Shown here: piece by piece, positions 33,600 through 34,671 of the stretch
Layout of the letters: each line of letters begins with the position of its first letter
How positions within the stretch are numbered: the stretch's first letter is position 1
Source of the DNA: a virus
Lineage: Duplodnaviria > Caudoviricetes
Direction: 5' to 3' (one strand)
Length of the DNA stretch: 34,671 bases
Virus record (IMG/VR): IMGVR_UViG_3300046779_000127
Coordinates: 1 to 34,671 of that record
Translations under genes and position numbers: made by a program
Notes under the pieces: model-generated
Database searches by the model: none
The model's input: the letters and a program-made list of their open reading frames with translations, nothing else
Told to the model about the DNA's origin: nothing

Positions 33600-33689
33600 C
33601 TTTTGTTGAGTTTATAAGGAGCATATATGGAGCATGAATCAAAAGTCGGAGAGGGCAGGATAGTTGATCTATCCACCCTTGGAGAACCT

Positions 33690-34052
33690 ATGTTCAAAAC
33701 AGGATTCGATAGATTCTGGGAAGCCTGGCCTAAGTCCACACGCAAGGGGGCAAAGGCTGAATGCAAGAAAAAATGGGTCAAGAACTATTGCGAGACTTGC
33801 GCTGACCAAATCATCAAACACGTTGAGTGGATGAAAACCACAGACCAATGGCGCAAAAATGAAGGGGCATTCATACCCGCCCCGCTTGTGTACCTCAACC
33901 AACAGCGTTGGGATGGCGCAGAAATCCCCGAAATCAAGCCTACAAGCGCAAAAGACCCGGCGTTGGTCAAACTGGACGAGGACAACAAAAAAGCCGCCCC
34001 TATGCCCGATTCTGTGCGTCAGCGGTTGGCTGAACTGAGAGGCATGAAATGA
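33690..34052 (+). CDS. Replication-initiator C-terminal-like domain protein (alternative upstream start at 33627)
   Basis: FDRFWEAWP...KAECKKKW...FIPAPLVYLNQQRW motif; GGAG RBS at 33681, with AAGGAG also present before 33627. Confidence 0.7.
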   Translation: MFKTGFDRFWEAWPKSTRKGAKAECKKKWVKNYCETCADQIIKHVEWMKTTDQWRKNEGAFIPAPLVYLNQQRWDGAEIPEIKPTSAKDPALVKLDEDNKKAAPMPDSVRQRLAELRGMK

Positions 34053-34282
34053 CCAACACAGAAGCGCACCAAATTTTGGACGGAACAAAAAATGGTATCC
34101 CGACCCCGCAATACAAAATCATCCTCGCCTTACTCGTCACCGGCGACCTTGGAATTTCTACGCGACACGGAAGCGCGGGAATGGATCAGGAGATACCGGG
34201 AGAAAGCCAAAGAGGTTGGCCCCAACGAAGCCAGGATGTGGTGGGACAGAATCATCAGTCACATCACCAGGCTACGCGGTGA
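34049..34282 (+). CDS. Hypothetical protein (MTNTEAHQILD...ALLVTGDL)
   Basis: GAGG RBS, ATGA overlap; the 3' half overlaps the next ORF. Confidence 0.6.
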   Translation: MTNTEAHQILDGTKNGIPTPQYKIILALLVTGDLGISTRHGSAGMDQEIPGESQRGWPQRSQDVVGQNHQSHHQATR

Positions 34283-34331
34283 AGATGCAGCTTTTGATTT
34301 ACGCCAACGAATGAACAGGTTTAACAAATGA
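34149..34331 (+). CDS. Hypothetical helical protein (..FLRDTEAREWIRRY...RGEDAAFDLRQRM); start uncertain
   Basis: Protein-like from TTG 34149 onward; ATGA-coupled to the PAPS-reductase-like gene. Confidence 0.6.
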   Translation: MEFLRDTEAREWIRRYREKAKEVGPNEARMWWDRIISHITRLRGEDAAFDLRQRMNRFNK

Positions 34332-34671
34332 ACCCTTTTGAAATAAAAGAACCAACTTGCATCAGCTTCTCTGGCGGCAGAACCTCGGCTTATATGCTTT
34401 ACCGGGTGCTAGAGGCTCACGACATGAGCCTACCTGATGATGCTGTTGTGTGTTTTGCAAATACCGGCAAAGAAGATGAGGCAACGTTAAAGTTTGTCCA
34501 TGATTGCGAAACTAACTGGAATGTGCCGATTGTCTGGCTAGAATACAAAGACGCAGAAGAATCTAAAAACAGATGGCAAATCGTTAATTATGAAACTGCC
34601 AGCAGAAACGGCGAGCCATTTGAAGCCGTAATTAGAAAGAAAAATTATTTACCCAATCCGGTTACACGATT
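34328..34671 (+). CDS. PAPS reductase/DndC-like PP-loop family protein, 5' part (continues at the start of the window)
   Basis: MNPFEIKEPTCISFSGGRTSAYML PP-loop, FANTGKE; open to the end of the window and in frame with ORF 141-626. Confidence 0.85.
   Translation, partial: MNPFEIKEPTCISFSGGRTSAYMLYRVLEAHDMSLPDDAVVCFANTGKEDEATLKFVHDCETNWNVPIVWLEYKDAEESKNRWQIVNYETASRNGEPFEAVIRKKNYLPNPVTR
34545..34671. repeat. Terminal direct repeat, copy 2 (identical to 1-127)
   Basis: Direct sequence identity with the start of the window. Confidence 0.95.

Noticed and set aside
33082-33609. 175-aa ORF from the ORF track
   Set aside because: TTG start, no recognisable protein features. It overlaps the better-supported secreted peptide (33089-33241) and a region explained by RNA structure.
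34328-34671. Complete Dnd/Ssp phosphorothioation system
   Set aside because: Only the PAPS-reductase-like gene is present; no desulfurase, ATPase or other partner genes are recognisable.

Overview
This window is an essentially complete, circularly permuted genome of a small tailed dsDNA phage with P22-like (podovirus) morphogenesis genes. Bases 1-127 are identical to 34545-34671, so the unit length is about 34,544 bp, and a PAPS-reductase-family gene is split across the join. The minus strand carries two blocks. The early recombination block is lipoprotein, ERF, two orphan genes, lambda-type exonuclease, SSB-like protein and an HTH protein. The long late block is GroES-like co-chaperonin, ParB-methyltransferase, terminase, portal, scaffold, P22-type coat, decoration and fibre proteins, gp4/gp10-like tail proteins, three ejection proteins and a lysis cassette. 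The plus strand carries a Cro-like HTH gene, a small Cys-rich secreted peptide, a replication-type protein, the PAPS-reductase-like protein, RusA, a DNA methyltransferase and several small ORFs. I found no integrase, CI-type repressor, tRNA, CRISPR array or reverse transcriptase. The most striking unexplained signal is a roughly 430-nt, densely base-paired stretch at 33255-33680, immediately upstream of the replication gene. It comprises a C4/P4-CI-like antisense RNA with a matching upstream target, followed by a second multi-stem RNA domain. A second compact, possibly pseudoknotted structured element lies at 29906-29983. A freshwater betaproteobacterial host is my impression from gene style only and is not demonstrated. 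All protein calls come from motif recognition and synteny; no database search was run.
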